DNA from: Burkholderiales bacterium
GTDB lineage: Bacteria > Pseudomonadota > Gammaproteobacteria > Burkholderiales > Ga0077523
NCBI GenBank assembly: GCA_022843925.1
Contig: JALHMS010000001.1
Location: 328,741-392,740 of the forward strand
Direction of reading: 5' to 3'
DNA: 64,000 bases
Below are positions 29,190 through 39,024 of this stretch, piece after piece. The notes beneath the pieces are model-generated. The model worked only from the letters and a program-made list of their open reading frames with translations. It searched no databases and was not told where the DNA came from. Each line of letters starts with the position of its first letter. The first letter of the stretch is position 1. A program made the position numbers and the translations under genes.

Positions 29190-30145
29190 GGCCGCAGCGG
29201 CGGTTGCACGTCGGGCCGACCGTCGGTCGTCACGTGATGGCGGAGGATGCGCTCGAAGCGCGCGGGGTCGTGGGCGTGCGTGAGGTCGCCGGGACGCGGC
29301 AGGTGGAAATCGTAGAGGCGGGACACCCAGAAGCGCAGCGCGCTGGCCCGCAGCATCCGGGGCCAGGCGGCTTCCTCGGCCGGCGTGAACTCGCGGATGG
29401 CGCGATAGGCGTCGAGGAGAGCGCGCGTCCGGACCGGGTCCAGCGTGCAGTCGGGCGTGGTGCACCAGTCGTTCACCGTGATCGCGACGTCGTACAGCAG
29501 CACGTCGACGCAGGCGAAGTAGAAGTCGATGACGCCGCCGATCGCCTCCCCGTCGAAGAGCACGTTGTCGCGGAAGAGGTCGGCGTGCACGACCCCTCTC
29601 GGCAGCAGATCTGCCGGGTGGTCGGCCTGGTGCGCCACCTCGGCCGAGAGGAGCACGCGCTGGGCGTCGTCGAGGAACGGCATGAGTTCGGGGGCGGTGG
29701 CCGTCCACCACGGTGCCCCGCGGAGATTGTCGAGCTGGCCGCCGTAGCTGCGGCCGGCGAGATGCAGGTCGGCCAGCATCTCGCCGACCCGGGCGCAGTG
29801 GGCCGGACCGGGGGCCATCACCGGGGCGCCGGACAGGCAGCTCACCAGCGCGGCCGGCTTGCCGTTCAGCGCGCCGAGATACCGGTTGTCGAGATTCGCG
29901 ATGGGCTTCGGACACGGCAGCCCGTGGTTCGACAGGTGCGCCATCAGGTCGAGATAGAACGGCAGCTCCTGCGGCTTCAGCTTCTCGAACAGCGTGAGGA
30001 CGTACTTCGCGTGGGTCGTCGTCACGAAGTAGTTGGTGTTCTCGATGCCGGAGAGGATGCCTTCCAGCTTCGTGAGGTGCCCGACGGAGTACCGGGCGAG
30101 CCAGGCTGCGAGTTCCTCGGGCGTGACCCGGGTGAAGACGGACAC
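29186..30145 (-). CDS. thrB: homoserine kinase, APH-fold (Pseudomonas-type ThrB)
   Basis: 319 aa. MSVFTRVTPEELAAWLARYSVGHLTKLEGILSGIENTNYFV and VVHADLFRDNVLF (kinase catalytic loop). Classic position next to polA. Confidence 0.9.
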   Translation of the reverse strand: MSVFTRVTPEELAAWLARYSVGHLTKLEGILSGIENTNYFVTTTHAKYVLTLFEKLKPQELPFYLDLMAHLSNHGLPCPKPIANLDNRYLGALNGKPAALVSCLSGAPVMAPGPAHCARVGEMLADLHLAGRSYGGQLDNLRGAPWWTATAPELMPFLDDAQRVLLSAEVAHQADHPADLLPRGVVHADLFRDNVLFDGEAIGGVIDFYFACVDVLLYDVAITVNDWCTTPDCTLDPVRTRALLDAYRAIREFTPAEEAAWPRMLRASALRFWVSRLYDFHLPRPGDLTHAHDPARFERILRHHVTTDGRPDVQPPLRP

Positions 30146-30154
30146 GGCGGGCGG

Positions 30155-30883
30155 TCAGAGATTGAGCAGCGCTTCGCGCTCGGCCGCGGAGGGTTCGAAA
30201 CCCCGCGTCTCGTAGTGCGAGAAGATCGCCTCGACGACCTTCTCCGGCTCGTCGATCACCTGGATGAGGTCCACATCCTCCGGGTCGATCATCTTCTCGG
30301 CGACGAGCGTCGTGCGGATCCAGTCGAGCAGGCCGGACCAGAAGGCCGACTGCACGAGGATGATCGGGATGCGGCGCGTCTTGCGCGTCTGCACGAGGGT
30401 GAGGGCCTCCATCAGCTCGTCGAGCGTGCCGAAGCCGCCGGGCATCACGACGTAGGCCGAGGCGAACTTCACGAACATGACCTTCCGCGCGAAGAAGTGG
30501 CTGAAGGTCTGGCTGATGTCCTGGTACGGATTCGACTGCTGCTCGTGGGGCAGCTGGATGTTGAGGCCCACGGCGAGCGACTTGCCGAAGAAGGCGCCCT
30601 TGTTGGCGGCCTCCATCACGCCCGGCCCACCGCCGGAGATCACCGAGAAGCCGGCGTCGGAGAGGAGCCGCGCGATGCGTTCGGTGAGCTGGTAGTAGGG
30701 ATGACCGGGGGGGGTGCGCGCGCTGCCGAAGATGCTGACGGCCGGCCGGATGCTGTTGAGGCGTTCGGTCGCCTCGACGAACTCTGCCATAATTCCGAAG
30801 ACCCGCCACGACTCGCGCGCGGACCAGGATTTCTCCATCAGCTCCGGGGCAAGTGGAACAGGAATCTTGTTCCGGGTCGTCAT
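30155..30883 (-). CDS. LOG-family (TIGR00730) nucleotide phosphoribohydrolase
   Basis: 242 aa with GGGPGVMEA and PGGFGTLDE motifs. Confidence 0.85.
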   Translation of the reverse strand: MTTRNKIPVPLAPELMEKSWSARESWRVFGIMAEFVEATERLNSIRPAVSIFGSARTPPGHPYYQLTERIARLLSDAGFSVISGGGPGVMEAANKGAFFGKSLAVGLNIQLPHEQQSNPYQDISQTFSHFFARKVMFVKFASAYVVMPGGFGTLDELMEALTLVQTRKTRRIPIILVQSAFWSGLLDWIRTTLVAEKMIDPEDVDLIQVIDEPEKVVEAIFSHYETRGFEPSAAEREALLNL

Positions 30884-30917
30884 GTTCTTCTCAGTTCTTC
30901 TCGATACCGCGGTGGGA

Positions 30918-33638
30918 ATGAAAACGCTTCTGCTGGTGGACGGATCGTCCTATCTCTACCGCGCATTCCACGCGATGCCCGATCTGCGCAATCGCGCGGG
31001 GGAACCGACCGGCGCCATCTACGGCGTGGTCAACATGCTGAAGCGACTGCGTCGCGAAGTACCGGCCGATTATATCGCCTGCGTTTTCGACGCAAAAGGA
31101 AAGACCTTCCGCGACGACTGGTACCCCGAGTACAAGTCGCACCGCCCGCCGATGCCCGAGGACCTCGCGGCGCAGATCGAACCCATCCACGCCATCGTCC
31201 GCGCCCTCGGCTGGCCGCTCCTCATGGTCGACGGCGTGGAGGCCGACGACGTCATCGGCACCCTGACCACCCGGGCTTCGCAGGCCGGCATGCGGGCAGT
31301 GGTGTCCACCGGGGACAAGGACCTCGCGCAGCTCGTCGACGAGCGGGTGTCGCTGGTCAACACGATGTCCAACGAGACGCTCGATCCCGCGGGCGTCGTC
31401 GCGAAGTTCGGCGTTCCACCCAGCCGCATCGTGGACTACTTCGCGCTGGTGGGGGACGCCGTCGACAACGTCCCGGGCGTCGAGAAGGTCGGGCCCAAGA
31501 CGGCGGTGAAGTGGATCGCGCAGTACGGCTCGCTCGACGGCATCGTCGCGCACGCGGGTGAGATCGGCGGCGTCGTCGGCGAGAACCTCCGCAAGGCGCT
31601 CGACTGGCTGCCGCTGGGGCGGCGCCTGCTGACCGTGAAGTGCGATGTCGATCTCCCGTGCGGCCCCGAGGATCTCCCGCCCGCGCCGGAAGACACCGAA
31701 GCGCTCGCCGCGCTGTTCGAGCGCTTCGCGTTCCGCACGTGGGCACAGGAGCTGAAGGAGGGGCCGCGCGACGGCGCGGCCGGGCCCGGACCCGCGAACG
31801 ATGCCCAGCGCGCGCCGGCGGAACCACCGCCCCCCCGCCACTACGAGACCGTGCTCGACACCGGGTCGCTCGACCGCTGGCTCGCGAAGATCGATGCGGC
31901 CGCGCTGACCTGCTTCGACACCGAGACGACGAGTCTCGACCCCATGGCCGCGCGACTGGTGGGCCTGTCGTTCGCGGTGACGCCGCACGAGGCGGCCTAC
32001 GTGCCGCTCGCGCACCGCTATCCCGGCGCCCCCGATCAGCTCGATCTGGACGCGACCCTCGCCCGCCTCGCGCCGTGGTTCGAGGATGCCTCCAAGCCCA
32101 AGGTCGCGCAGAACGCCAAGTACGACATGCACGTGCTCGCCAATCACGGCATCCGCGTGCAGGGCGTCGTGCACGACACGCTGCTGCAGTCGTACGTGCT
32201 CGAGAGCCACAAGCCGCACGACATGGACGGCATGGCGATGCGCCATCTGGGCGTGAAGGCGATCGCGTACGAGGAGGTCGCCGGCAAGGGCGCCAACCAG
32301 ATCGGGTTCGACCAGGTGAGCGTCGAGCGCGCCACCGAGTACTCCGCCGAGGACGCCGACGTCACGCTGCAGCTGCATCGCACGCTGTGGCCGCAAGTGG
32401 AGGCCGAGGCGGCACTCACCCGGGTGTACCGCGACATCGAGATGCCGGTCACGCCGGTGCTGCTCGCGATGGAACGCCACGGTGTGCTGATCGACGGCCG
32501 CCTCCTCGACGCGCAGAGCGCCGAGCTGGGCGCGAAGCTGGTGGCGCTCGAACGCGACGCGCACGCGCTCGCCGAGCAGCCGTTCAACCTCAACTCGCCG
32601 AAGCAGCTCCAGGAACTCCTCTTCGGCAAGTTCGGCCTGCGCGTAGTGAAGAAGACGCCGAGCGGCACGCCGTCCACCGACGAGGAGGTGCTGGAGGAGC
32701 TCGCGCTCGACCATCCGCTGCCGAAGCGCATCCTCGAGTACCGCGGCATCGCGAAGCTGAAGTCCACCTACACCGACAAGCTGCCGCGCATGGTGAATCC
32801 GGCCACCGGGCGCGTACATACCAACTACGGGCAGGCGGTGGCGGTGACCGGCCGGCTCTCCAGCACCGACCCCAACCTGCAGAACATCCCGGTGCGGACG
32901 GCCGAGGGTCGACGGATCCGGGAGGCGTTCATCGCGCCGCCCGGGCACCGGATCATCTCGGCCGACTACTCGCAGATCGAACTGCGCATCATGGCGCACC
33001 TCTCCGGCGACGAGGCGCTGCTGCGTGCCTTCCGCGAGGGCGAGGACGTCCATCGCGCGACCGCCGCCGAGATCTTCGGCATGCCGCCCGCGGACATCGC
33101 CGCGGAGCAGCGGCGCTACGCGAAGGTGATCAATTTCGGGCTCATCTACGGGATGTCGGCCTTCGGGCTCGCGTCGCAGCTGGGCATCGAGCGAGCCGCC
33201 GCGCAAAGCTACATGGACCGCTATTTCCAGCGTTATCCCGGCGTCGCGGAGTACATGCAGCGCACCCGTCAGACCGCCCGCGAGGACGGGTTCGTCGAGA
33301 CGGTGTTCGGGCGCCGGCTGTACCTGCCCGAGATCCGTGCACAGAACCAGGGACGCCGCCAGGGTGCCGAGCGGGCGGCGATCAACGCGCCGATGCAGGG
33401 GACGGCAGCCGACCTCGTGAAGCTCGCGATGGTGGCGGTACAGCGCTGGATCGAGGGCGAGGGCATCGGGTCGCGGCTCGTCATGCAGGTGCACGACGAG
33501 CTGGTGCTGGAGGTGCCCGAGGCCGAGATCGACCTCGTGAGGGTTCGGCTTCCGGCGCTGATGGCCGGGGTGGCGACGCTCGCCGTGCCACTGCTTGCCG
33601 AGGTCGGTGTCGGCGCGAACTGGGAAGAGGCCCACTGA
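30918..33638 (+). CDS. polA: DNA polymerase I
   Basis: ATG at 30918 (MKTLLLVDGSSYLYRAFHA), 906 aa. 3'-5' exonuclease motif FDTETTSLDP. Polymerase motifs RRYAKVINFGLIYGMSAFGL and QVHDELVLE. Confidence 0.97.
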   Translation: MKTLLLVDGSSYLYRAFHAMPDLRNRAGEPTGAIYGVVNMLKRLRREVPADYIACVFDAKGKTFRDDWYPEYKSHRPPMPEDLAAQIEPIHAIVRALGWPLLMVDGVEADDVIGTLTTRASQAGMRAVVSTGDKDLAQLVDERVSLVNTMSNETLDPAGVVAKFGVPPSRIVDYFALVGDAVDNVPGVEKVGPKTAVKWIAQYGSLDGIVAHAGEIGGVVGENLRKALDWLPLGRRLLTVKCDVDLPCGPEDLPPAPEDTEALAALFERFAFRTWAQELKEGPRDGAAGPGPANDAQRAPAEPPPPRHYETVLDTGSLDRWLAKIDAAALTCFDTETTSLDPMAARLVGLSFAVTPHEAAYVPLAHRYPGAPDQLDLDATLARLAPWFEDASKPKVAQNAKYDMHVLANHGIRVQGVVHDTLLQSYVLESHKPHDMDGMAMRHLGVKAIAYEEVAGKGANQIGFDQVSVERATEYSAEDADVTLQLHRTLWPQVEAEAALTRVYRDIEMPVTPVLLAMERHGVLIDGRLLDAQSAELGAKLVALERDAHALAEQPFNLNSPKQLQELLFGKFGLRVVKKTPSGTPSTDEEVLEELALDHPLPKRILEYRGIAKLKSTYTDKLPRMVNPATGRVHTNYGQAVAVTGRLSSTDPNLQNIPVRTAEGRRIREAFIAPPGHRIISADYSQIELRIMAHLSGDEALLRAFREGEDVHRATAAEIFGMPPADIAAEQRRYAKVINFGLIYGMSAFGLASQLGIERAAAQSYMDRYFQRYPGVAEYMQRTRQTAREDGFVETVFGRRLYLPEIRAQNQGRRQGAERAAINAPMQGTAADLVKLAMVAVQRWIEGEGIGSRLVMQVHDELVLEVPEAEIDLVRVRLPALMAGVATLAVPLLAEVGVGANWEEAH

Positions 33639-33672
33639 GGCCGGCACGCCCGCCCGCGCGCCGGCGGTGCGA

Positions 33673-34134
33673 TCACTTCTTCGCTTTCTCCTTCTTGCAG
33701 TTCCCGATGCGCTTCGCGATGAGCGTCTCGGACGTCTTCATCGGCTTGCCGTTCATCTCGCCCTCCGAGGACACCTGCACGGTGTAAGCGGAATCGCTCT
33801 CGCGGGTGAGCACGCTCACGGACTTCGTCCGGCCGACATTCGGGATCTCGCACACGGCGGCGTAGGTGAACACCTTCCCCTCGATCTTCGGCGGGTCGAA
33901 GCGGCAGCCGGCCTTCTCGAGCATGCCGTTCTGCTCGCGGATGGCGGCGCCCGGATCGAGGCATTCCTTCACGGCGAGATCCTGCACATGCTGGGGCACG
34001 TTCTCGCCGCGGCGGGTGAATTCCCACTGGCCGTGCTTGAAGACCGGAAAGCCGTCCGATGCGGCCAGTGCGGGCATGGGTACCGAGGCAGCGGCGAGGG
34101 CGGCGGCGGCGAGAAGACGGTGCAGGGAGGTCAT
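33673..34134 (-). CDS. secreted hypothetical protein (possibly DUF3617-like)
   Basis: Met at 34134 gives signal peptide MTSLHRLLAAAALAAASVPMPALA. Mature part has GQWEF, several Cys and a Lys-rich tail NCKKEKAKK. Confidence 0.55.
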   Translation of the reverse strand: MTSLHRLLAAAALAAASVPMPALAASDGFPVFKHGQWEFTRRGENVPQHVQDLAVKECLDPGAAIREQNGMLEKAGCRFDPPKIEGKVFTYAAVCEIPNVGRTKSVSVLTRESDSAYTVQVSSEGEMNGKPMKTSETLIAKRIGNCKKEKAKK

Positions 34135-34282
34135 CGTGCGGATTCCTGTCAGGGGGCCGGCGGGCGGCGAAAGGCGCGAGTATCGTGGAAATTCCGGGGG
34201 GCGTGCGGGCGTGTCGCGAAGCGGGACCGGGCGGGCAGACTCCGGTACCATCGCGCATCGGAACACGCCGGAGGATCGCAGG

Positions 34283-34450
34283 ATGGCCCAACCCAATTTC
34301 GCGTTCGAGAAACGTCAGCGGGAACTCGCGAAGAAGCGAAAGAAGGAAGAGAAGTTGAAGCGCAAGGCGGAGTCCGCACCGGGCACCGAGGAAGCCGGTG
34401 CCGAAGGGACCGAGCAACCCGCCGAGGGCACGCCGCCCCCCGCGGAGTGA
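34283..34450 (+). CDS. small Lys/Glu-rich hypothetical protein (55 aa)
   Basis: MAQPNFAFEKRQRELAKKRKKEEKLKRKAESAPGTEEAGAEGTEQPAEGTPPPAE. The ATG is preceded by ggaggatcgcagg. Too short and compositionally biased for coding confidence. Confidence 0.4.
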   Translation: MAQPNFAFEKRQRELAKKRKKEEKLKRKAESAPGTEEAGAEGTEQPAEGTPPPAE

Positions 34451-34576
34451 CCGGAACGACGCAGCGCGCGGTCGGTGGCCACGGCCCCACCGCCCCAGCG
34501 TCGGCGGCCGAAGAATTCCCCCGCCCGATCCCCGCGCCTCCCTCCGGGGAGTGATGCTGCCGACGGGCATCCAGCG

Positions 34577-34597
34577 GCCCCGCCCCCCCGGCGGGGC
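34577..34597. terminator. GC hairpin between convergent genes
   Basis: GCCCCGCC-ccccc-GGCGGGGC, an 8-bp stem. No clear U-tract on either strand. Confidence 0.3.
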
Positions 34598-34617
34598 GAA
34601 TGTCTTTCCAGACCGGA

Positions 34618-35877
34618 TCAGTCGTACCTGCGGCCATCCTCGATGACCTTGCCGTCGTTCGGCAGGGAGCCTGCGGCCACGAACCGCACCTCGCCGCGCA
34701 GCTTGCAGACATCCCTCAGCGACGTCGCCACCGCGGACCCCAGTCCGTCCGAGGCATCCGTAGCCGTCTCGCAGGCGAGCGTCATCACATCGTTCCGATC
34801 GGCGTCGTGCGTCACGGCGAGGCGCGCCTTCAGGATCTCCGGATGCCGCTTCACGACGTCCGCCACCTGGGACGGATGCACGAACATCCCCTTCACCTTC
34901 GTCGTCTGGTCCGCCCGGCCCATCCATCCGCGGATGCGCATGTTGGTCCGCCCGCAGGGGCTCGCACCCGGCAGCAGCGCCGAGAGATCGCCGGTCGCGA
35001 ACCGGATGAGCGGATAGTCGGGCGCGAGAACCGTGACCACGACCTCGCCCACTTCCCCTTCCGGCACGGGGTCCCCGGTGCCGGGCCGCACGATCTCGAC
35101 GATCACCTCCTCGTCCAACACGAGGCCCTCGCGGGCCTCGGTCTCGTAGGCCACCATCCCGAGGTCTGCCGTGCCGTACGACTGGAAGCCGGCGATGCCC
35201 CGGTCCGCGAGCAGTTGCCGCACGGGCGGCAGGAAGGCCTCCCCGCTCACCGCGGCCCGGCGGATCGACGAGATGTCGACCTGCATCTCGTCGGCCTTCT
35301 CGAGCAGGATCCGCAGGAACGAAGGCGTGCCTGCGTAGTACGCCGGGCGGAGATCCGCGATGGTCTGCGCCTGCAGTTCCGACTGCCCGGTGCCGGCGGG
35401 GAAGACGGGGCAGCCGATGGCCCGGGCCGCGAGATCCATCATGAAGCCGGCGGGCGTGAAGTGATACGCGAACGTGTTGTGCACCAGCGACCCGGTGCGG
35501 AAACCGGCGGCGTACAGCGCGCGCCCGAAACGCCAGGGGTCCGGCCGATCCCCCTGCGGGTCGTAGATCGGCCCCGGGGACGCGAACACCCGTCCCAGCT
35601 TGCCGAGCGGGACGCCGGTCATGCCGGCGAACGGGAGTGTCGCCTTCTGCAGGACGATCAGGTCGGATTTCCGCGTGACGGGCAGTCGCGCGAGCGCCCC
35701 GCGGTCCGGGACATCGCGCCCGGCGACGTCCGCGAGAATCCGTCCGAAGTACGGTGAGTTGGTTCGGGCGTGATCGATCTGGTCGGCGAGGCGCCGGAAG
35801 AGATCGCGCTCGCGCACCTCCTGCGGGCGGGTCTCCAGGACGTCGTAGTGGTCGTCGAAGTGGGGGCTCGAAGTCAT
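34618..35877 (-). CDS. phenylacetate-CoA ligase (PaaK)/coenzyme F390 synthetase-like adenylate-forming protein with a non-canonical P-loop
   Basis: 419 aa. SYGTADLG (A5-like), FATGDL (A7-like) and GRADQTTKVKG (A8-like) are present. Where PaaK has SSGTTGKP, this protein reads FASPGPIYD. Last gene of the ABC operon. Confidence 0.8.
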   Translation of the reverse strand: MTSSPHFDDHYDVLETRPQEVRERDLFRRLADQIDHARTNSPYFGRILADVAGRDVPDRGALARLPVTRKSDLIVLQKATLPFAGMTGVPLGKLGRVFASPGPIYDPQGDRPDPWRFGRALYAAGFRTGSLVHNTFAYHFTPAGFMMDLAARAIGCPVFPAGTGQSELQAQTIADLRPAYYAGTPSFLRILLEKADEMQVDISSIRRAAVSGEAFLPPVRQLLADRGIAGFQSYGTADLGMVAYETEAREGLVLDEEVIVEIVRPGTGDPVPEGEVGEVVVTVLAPDYPLIRFATGDLSALLPGASPCGRTNMRIRGWMGRADQTTKVKGMFVHPSQVADVVKRHPEILKARLAVTHDADRNDVMTLACETATDASDGLGSAVATSLRDVCKLRGEVRFVAAGSLPNDGKVIEDGRRYD

Positions 35878-35893
35878 CGCGGGTCCGGGTGGT

Positions 35894-36655
35894 TCAGAGC
35901 TGCACGCCCTTGGTGAGGGCGCCGTCCACGACGAGGTTGGTCCCGGTGATGAAGCTGGCAGCCGGGCTCGCGAGGAAGACAGCGGCGTTGGCCATCTCCT
36001 GCGGCGTGCCCATGCGGCCGGTGGGATTCATGCCGAGGGCCGTGCGGTAGAGGTCCGGATTCCCGTCCTTGATCTTGTTCCACACACCGCCCTCGAAGTA
36101 CGTGTTGCCCGGCGAGACGGTGTTGGCCCGGATGCCTTTCCCTGCGAGGTTGTAGGCAAGGCCCTGCGTGTAGTGGATGAGCGCGGCCTTGAACGCGCCG
36201 TAGGGGCCGGCGGCGAAGTCGATCTCGCGGCCCGAGACGCTGGAGATGGTGACGATGGATGCGGCCTTGCTCTTCTCGAGGAACGGCATCGAAGCCTCGA
36301 CCATCCGCACCGACCCCATGAGGTCCACGTCGAAGCCGCTCTTCCAGCCGGCTTCGTCGTTCGAGATGGCGAGGGCGCTCACGTTCGCGACGACGATGTC
36401 GAGGCCACCGAACTCGGCCGCCACGTCGCGGATCCACGCCTGCAGCGCAGGGCCGTCGGCCACGTCCACGGCCCGGCCCGTCGCACGGACGCCCTTCGCG
36501 GCGAGAGCGGCCACGGCCGCCTTCACCTCGTCGGCGTTGCGCGCGCAGATCGCGACATCGACCCCCTCGGCAGCCAGCGTCTCCGCGATCGCGCGGCCGA
36601 TGCCCTTCGTCCCGCCGCTCACCACGGCGCGCAAACCCTCGAGTCCCAGATCCAT
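35894..36655 (-). CDS. SDR-family oxidoreductase
   Basis: 253 aa. Cofactor motif VSGGTKGIGRAIA and catalytic YGAFKAAL (YxxxK). Confidence 0.9.
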   Translation of the reverse strand: MDLGLEGLRAVVSGGTKGIGRAIAETLAAEGVDVAICARNADEVKAAVAALAAKGVRATGRAVDVADGPALQAWIRDVAAEFGGLDIVVANVSALAISNDEAGWKSGFDVDLMGSVRMVEASMPFLEKSKAASIVTISSVSGREIDFAAGPYGAFKAALIHYTQGLAYNLAGKGIRANTVSPGNTYFEGGVWNKIKDGNPDLYRTALGMNPTGRMGTPQEMANAAVFLASPAASFITGTNLVVDGALTKGVQL

Positions 36656-36746
36656 GTGTTCGTGTTTCCTTTCGTGCGATTCGTGATGTGCCGTCGCTCG
36701 CGGGGCGACTGTGGCAACTGCTCCGTGCGCGACCGGCCGGCCTGGT

Positions 36747-37595
36747 TCAGGCGAGCCAGCGCTTGCGGCGCCGGTAGTGCTTGGCGTCGCGGAAATTCTT
36801 GCGGCCCGCGGCCGAGAGACCGAGGTAGAACTCCTTCACGTCCTCGTTGGTGCGCAGGCCCTCGGCGGCACCTTCCATCACGACGCGACCGTTCTCGAGG
36901 ATGTACCCGTAGTCGGCGTAGCGCAGCGCGACCATCGTGTTCTGCTCGGCGAGGAGGAAGCTCACGCGCTCCTTCGCGTTGAGGTCGCGCACGATCGCGA
37001 AGATCTCCTCCACGACCTGCGGCGCGAGGCCCATCGACGGTTCGTCGAGCAGGATGGTGTCGGGGCGCGCCATCAGCGCGCGGCCCACGGCCGTCATCTG
37101 CTGTTCGCCCCCCGACGTGTAGCCCGACTGGCTCTTCCGCCGCACCTTCAGACGCGGGAAGTACGCGTAGACGCGCTCCAGGTCCGCGGCGATCTCGCTG
37201 CGCGATGCCTTCCGCGTGAACGCACCGGTGAGCAGGTTCTCCTCGATCGTCAGGTGCTGGAAGCAATGCCGGCCTTCCATCACCTGCACGACGCCGCGGC
37301 GCACGAGTTCCGACGGATTCAGCCGGTCGATGCGCGTCCCGCGGTACTCGATGGATCCCTTGGTGACGTCCCCGCGCTCGGACTGCAGCAGGTTCGAGAT
37401 CGCCTTCAGCGTCGTCGTCTTGCCGGCCCCGTTGGCGCCGAGCAGCGCCACGATGCTGCCTTCGGACACCTCGAGGGACACGCCCTTCAACACCAGGATC
37501 ACGTGGTTGTAGATGACCTCGATGTTGTTCACCCGCAGCAGCGCGGCCGTGGCCGTGCCGGCGGATGCGGTGGTCGTGGGGGCGGGCGTGTTCAC
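36747..37595 (-). CDS. livF: branched-chain-amino-acid-type ABC transporter ATP-binding protein (LivF-like)
   Basis: Walker A GANGAGKTTT, signature YTSGGEQQM, Walker B ILLDEPS. Basic C-terminal extension HYRRRKRWLA. Confidence 0.88.
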   Translation of the reverse strand: MNTPAPTTTASAGTATAALLRVNNIEVIYNHVILVLKGVSLEVSEGSIVALLGANGAGKTTTLKAISNLLQSERGDVTKGSIEYRGTRIDRLNPSELVRRGVVQVMEGRHCFQHLTIEENLLTGAFTRKASRSEIAADLERVYAYFPRLKVRRKSQSGYTSGGEQQMTAVGRALMARPDTILLDEPSMGLAPQVVEEIFAIVRDLNAKERVSFLLAEQNTMVALRYADYGYILENGRVVMEGAAEGLRTNEDVKEFYLGLSAAGRKNFRDAKHYRRRKRWLA

Positions 37596-37616
37596 CGGGC
37601 ATTCACTCCAGCGGGG

Positions 37617-38936
37617 TCAGCTCGCGCAGCCGGGCTTGATGCCCTTCTCGGCGGCGTACTTCGCAGCGGACTCCTCGATCATCTTGCGGACCAGGACGCT
37701 GTCACCCCTCATCCAGTCGGAGGCCGATTTCCATTCGGTACCGGTCCACTGCTGGAAGCGCACCTGCCCGGAACCGCCGTGGTCCTGGCAGCTCACCTCG
37801 AGCGGAGGCAGCATCGTGTTGAAACCCAGGGCCTTCATGCGGCCGGCGTCGAGCTTCAGGTTCTCGATACCCCAGCGCACCTGCTCGCCGCTCACGGGCT
37901 TCTTGCCGTACTTCTCCTGGGCCTTGCGCACGGCCTCGACGGTGATCATCGCCGCTGCCATGCCGCGGTTCCAGAGCACCGTGCCGACGAGCTTGGCATC
38001 GCCGCCCTTGCCCTTCGCATAGACCTTGTCCTCGATGTCCTTCACCACCGGGAAGCCCTTGCCCGCAAGGTTGAGGCTCGCCGCGTAGTAGCCCGTGGCC
38101 GCCGGACCCGCCGCGACCGTATCGATCTCGGAACCGGCCCACCAGTTGCCGACCATCTTTTCGCGGGGGAAGCCGACCTTCTGGGCGGTCTGCAGGGCGG
38201 TGGCGCTCATCACGCCCCAGCCCCACAGGATCACCCAGTTGGGCTGGTACTGGCGGATCTGCAGCCACTGCGACTGCTGTTCGTTGCCGGGGTGCGGCAC
38301 GGGGATCATCTTCAGCTCGAAGCCCAGCTTCTTCGCCTCGGCCTCCAGCACCGGATGGGGCTCCTTGCCGTACGCGGAGTCGTGATACAGCAGGACGATC
38401 TTCTTGCCCTTCAGGTTGGCGGCACCGCCCTCCTTCTCGCCGATGAACTTCACGATGCCGGTGGCGGCATCCCAGTAGTTCGAGAGGATTGGGAAGACCC
38501 ACGGAAACACCCGCCCGTCGGTGGCATCCGTGCGGCCGTAGCCCAGCGTGATGAGCGGGATCTTGTCGGTGACGGCCTTGTCGAGGATCGCGTACGTGAT
38601 GCCCGTCGACATGGGATGGATCGCGGTGGGGCCGGTCGCCGACTTCGTCTTCAGGCGCTCGTAGCACTCGACGCCCTTCGCGTTGTTGTACTCGGTCTCG
38701 CACTCCTCCCAGGAGAGCTTCACGCCGTTCACGCCGCCGTCGCGCTCGTTGATCATGGCGAGGTAGTCGGTGAAGCCGCCGAAGAAGGCCGCGCCGTTGG
38801 CGCCGTACGGGCCCACGCGATAGCCGGTGATCCCGATGAATTGCGTACCGGCCTGCTGGGCCGAGGCGGGCAGCGTGGACGCTGCTGCGGCGAGGCCGGC
38901 CACGAGGCCGATCAGGGTGCGTTTCCAGGTTTGCAT
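37617..38936 (-). CDS. ABC transporter substrate-binding protein (LivK / type I periplasmic binding fold)
   Basis: Met at 38936 gives signal peptide MQTWKRTLIGLVAGLAAAASTLPASA. Body GITGYRVGPYGANGAAF...GVKLSWEECETEYN. Confidence 0.88.
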   Translation of the reverse strand: MQTWKRTLIGLVAGLAAAASTLPASAQQAGTQFIGITGYRVGPYGANGAAFFGGFTDYLAMINERDGGVNGVKLSWEECETEYNNAKGVECYERLKTKSATGPTAIHPMSTGITYAILDKAVTDKIPLITLGYGRTDATDGRVFPWVFPILSNYWDAATGIVKFIGEKEGGAANLKGKKIVLLYHDSAYGKEPHPVLEAEAKKLGFELKMIPVPHPGNEQQSQWLQIRQYQPNWVILWGWGVMSATALQTAQKVGFPREKMVGNWWAGSEIDTVAAGPAATGYYAASLNLAGKGFPVVKDIEDKVYAKGKGGDAKLVGTVLWNRGMAAAMITVEAVRKAQEKYGKKPVSGEQVRWGIENLKLDAGRMKALGFNTMLPPLEVSCQDHGGSGQVRFQQWTGTEWKSASDWMRGDSVLVRKMIEESAAKYAAEKGIKPGCAS

Positions 38937-39024
38937 GGTTCTCTCCTCCTTCTGTTCGATTCGGTGGCCGGGGATGGGTCGGTGCTTCACAACGTCCCGG
39001 CGACCGTCTTTCGTTGACGTCGCA

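Noticed and set aside
28422-30809. 795-aa minus-strand ORF
   Set aside because: Only the last 255 aa (membrane protein, start at 29189) are plausible. Upstream it runs out of frame through thrB and the LOG-family gene, both of which have strong motifs in their own frames.
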